From: a virus
Lineage: Duplodnaviria; Caudoviricetes
Virus record (IMG/VR): IMGVR_UViG_3300014205_000007
Coordinates: 1 to 64,000 of that record
DNA length: 64,000 nt
Direction: 5' to 3' (one strand)
Positions within the stretch are counted from its first letter, which is position 1. Each line of letters begins with the position of its first letter. The notes under the pieces are model-generated. The model saw only the letters and a program-made list of their open reading frames with translations, did not search any database and was not told where the DNA came from. Position numbers and translations under genes: made by a program. Shown piece by piece: positions 62,480 through 64,000 of the stretch.

Positions 62480-64000
62480 TCAGTTCACAGTATAGGTAAA
62501 TGGCGGTAGTCTTGACGCATCGTACACTGGCCCACCCACTGACTTCTCTTGTGGATCAGGCTTCTGTTGAACGATTTTCAGCAACGCTTCGGCAAGCTCT
62601 CCAAGCGCTCGGTGATAGAGTTCCCTCTCTGCCTGCGACTGGTCATCCGCATCGACCTTACCGCCCATAGCCATTGATCCACCCTGGCCTTGACTTTTGG
62701 CTGGGGTGATTAGCCCGGACATCTGGTTCAACTGCTGGTCTACGATGGGGTCAGCGTCTGGGTGAACACCGACTGTCTGGGCGACCTTCAGAGCTTCCAC
62801 CGAGAGTTTGGTCTCTCGGTTCTGGTGTGAATCATAAGCCTTGAAGGCCATCTCCTGGTCCTTCTGGCTCAACTGCTTGCTCTTCAGTGCGAGTAGGGCT
62901 TCCTGGTTGGGATCGGACTGGGGCAGAGCCGAGGAAGCCTGATGCGCGATCTTCGATGCTTCGATATTTTCCTTGGAGGCCAGTTGATCCTTTTTGAGTT
63001 GTGTGTCACTCTCGACTTTCTTGGCCGAAATTTGCAACTGTCCCTGCTTGGTCTGGCTATCCAGCATTCTGGCCTGCGCCGAGATCATCGCAGCAACGGC
63101 CTTTGGATCGGGTGGCGGCTGGCCCTGTTGGGGAGCAAAGTCGGACTGTATATCATCGATCTTGACCATCGAGGCCCAGCGGGAGACAACCCTCTGCATA
63201 TTGAACACGCCCGGCATTTGCATGGCGGTCTGCAGGTAGGTGTTGGCTTTGGCCAGCCGGTGAATGTGCGATGGAACGTTGGGATCGGAGGCAGGAACGA
63301 TCTCGCAATTCTCCAACGCCTGCTTGAAACGCTCCACCCGCTGTTTGTGGGCGGCGGCTACCTGCTCCTCTGTGGCGCTTTTCCCGGCCGGGATAACACC
63401 AAGGGCTGGACGTTTGTTGTCGCGCCACAGGGATTCGGGGTCTTCCTTGAACAGCTCCTGGAAAAGGCTGAACTCCTCTTTCTGGGCCGCATGGAAGGAC
63501 TTGTGGACCGAGCTTTCCACCTTGGTTGCCTGCTCGATAGCCGCCAGAACAGAACCTACGGGAGTATTCTGTACTCCTTCCCCGACCGGAACCTCGGCCG
63601 AGCCTCCGAGCTTGGTTCCAACCTCACGCAAGGCCCCCATAAGAGACATCAACCCTGGGGTTACGTCCTTATAGGGGAGCGCCATGATGGCGTCCTGGAT
63701 TCTCCCCCCTTGCGCTCCGGTGATATCGACGGGAGCCAAAGTTCCAGGAGCGACGCGGATTTCGTTGGATAGCTGTCGGGTGGCCCCCTTGGCAATCAAT
63801 CCGCCGGGGAAGTTGGCGAACATGCCGGCGTCGATCCCCTCGCGAACCAAAGCCGTCAAGGCCATGGTGATATTGCCGAGGATGTGCAGAAGTCCAATTC
63901 CGTAGATCCCCGCAAATCCTGCCGTGACATAAGGGAAGGCAACAAAGGGAATCTTGGCTTGCACGTTGCCGTTCTCAAACCCCGGATCACCCTCGCGCCA
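62480..64000 (-). CDS. Portal protein, C-terminal part (5' end outside the window)
   Basis: GIYGIGLLHILGN, DAGMFANFPGG, MALPYKD, PVGS.LA.IEQATKV.S.VHK..H, PASDPN; Q-rich tail. Confidence 0.88.
   Translation of the reverse strand, partial: WREGDPGFENGNVQAKIPFVAFPYVTAGFAGIYGIGLLHILGNITMALTALVREGIDAGMFANFPGGLIAKGATRQLSNEIRVAPGTLAPVDITGAQGGRIQDAIMALPYKDVTPGLMSLMGALREVGTKLGGSAEVPVGEGVQNTPVGSVLAAIEQATKVESSVHKSFHAAQKEEFSLFQELFKEDPESLWRDNKRPALGVIPAGKSATEEQVAAAHKQRVERFKQALENCEIVPASDPNVPSHIHRLAKANTYLQTAMQMPGVFNMQRVVSRWASMVKIDDIQSDFAPQQGQPPPDPKAVAAMISAQARMLDSQTKQGQLQISAKKVESDTQLKKDQLASKENIEASKIAHQASSALPQSDPNQEALLALKSKQLSQKDQEMAFKAYDSHQNRETKLSVEALKVAQTVGVHPDADPIVDQQLNQMSGLITPAKSQGQGGSMAMGGKVDADDQSQAERELYHRALGELAEALLKIVQQKPDPQEKSVGGPVYDASRLPPFTYTVN

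Larger units (their letters stand above)
1..64000. mobile_element. Phage/prophage genome segment (podovirus-like Caudoviricetes); both ends lie outside the window
   Basis: Portal-scaffold-capsid-tail tube-fibre-ejection gene order on the minus strand, a lysis cassette, small overlapping early genes, and no host housekeeping genes. Confidence 0.95.

Overview
The whole 64 kb reads as part of a tailed (pro)phage of an alphaproteobacterium. The porin N-terminus and a LexA-type box suggest a Hyphomicrobiales/Rhizobiales-like host; this is inference. The gene order is podovirus-like. 1-3.8 kb holds small overlapping early genes (Lar-like, Zn-finger, mini-HTH), followed by a short tyrosine recombinase and a porin. 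An intact 3.3-kb passenger-carrying IS1595-family element (22-bp TIRs, 8-bp TSD) sits at 6.8-10.1 kb. Next come a plus-strand lysis cassette (GH25 endolysin, spanin-like pair) and a small-gene island around a truncated serine resolvase. From 17 kb to the end is a long minus-strand virion operon: portal, LPD23/zincin protein, GroES-like protein, scaffold, capsid, tail tubular proteins, several fibres/spikes, an InPase-domain polyvalent protein, a GNAT-like protein and ejection proteins. Two homing-endonuclease genes and an H-NS-containing island interrupt it. The main unexplained signals are: (1) a short [YFRMK]-[AK]-x-G-G-x-[VI] peptide tag repeated over 20 times across six otherwise unrelated virion/cargo proteins; (2) inverted GGCGTCA-type boundary motifs that delimit gene cassettes upstream of the small recombinase; (3) a conserved stop-start linker in the resolvase island; (4) a ~74-nt intergenic element present in three copies; (5) a shared fibre anchor motif with matching acidic repeat proteins. 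All family calls come from motif recognition by eye; no database search was run.
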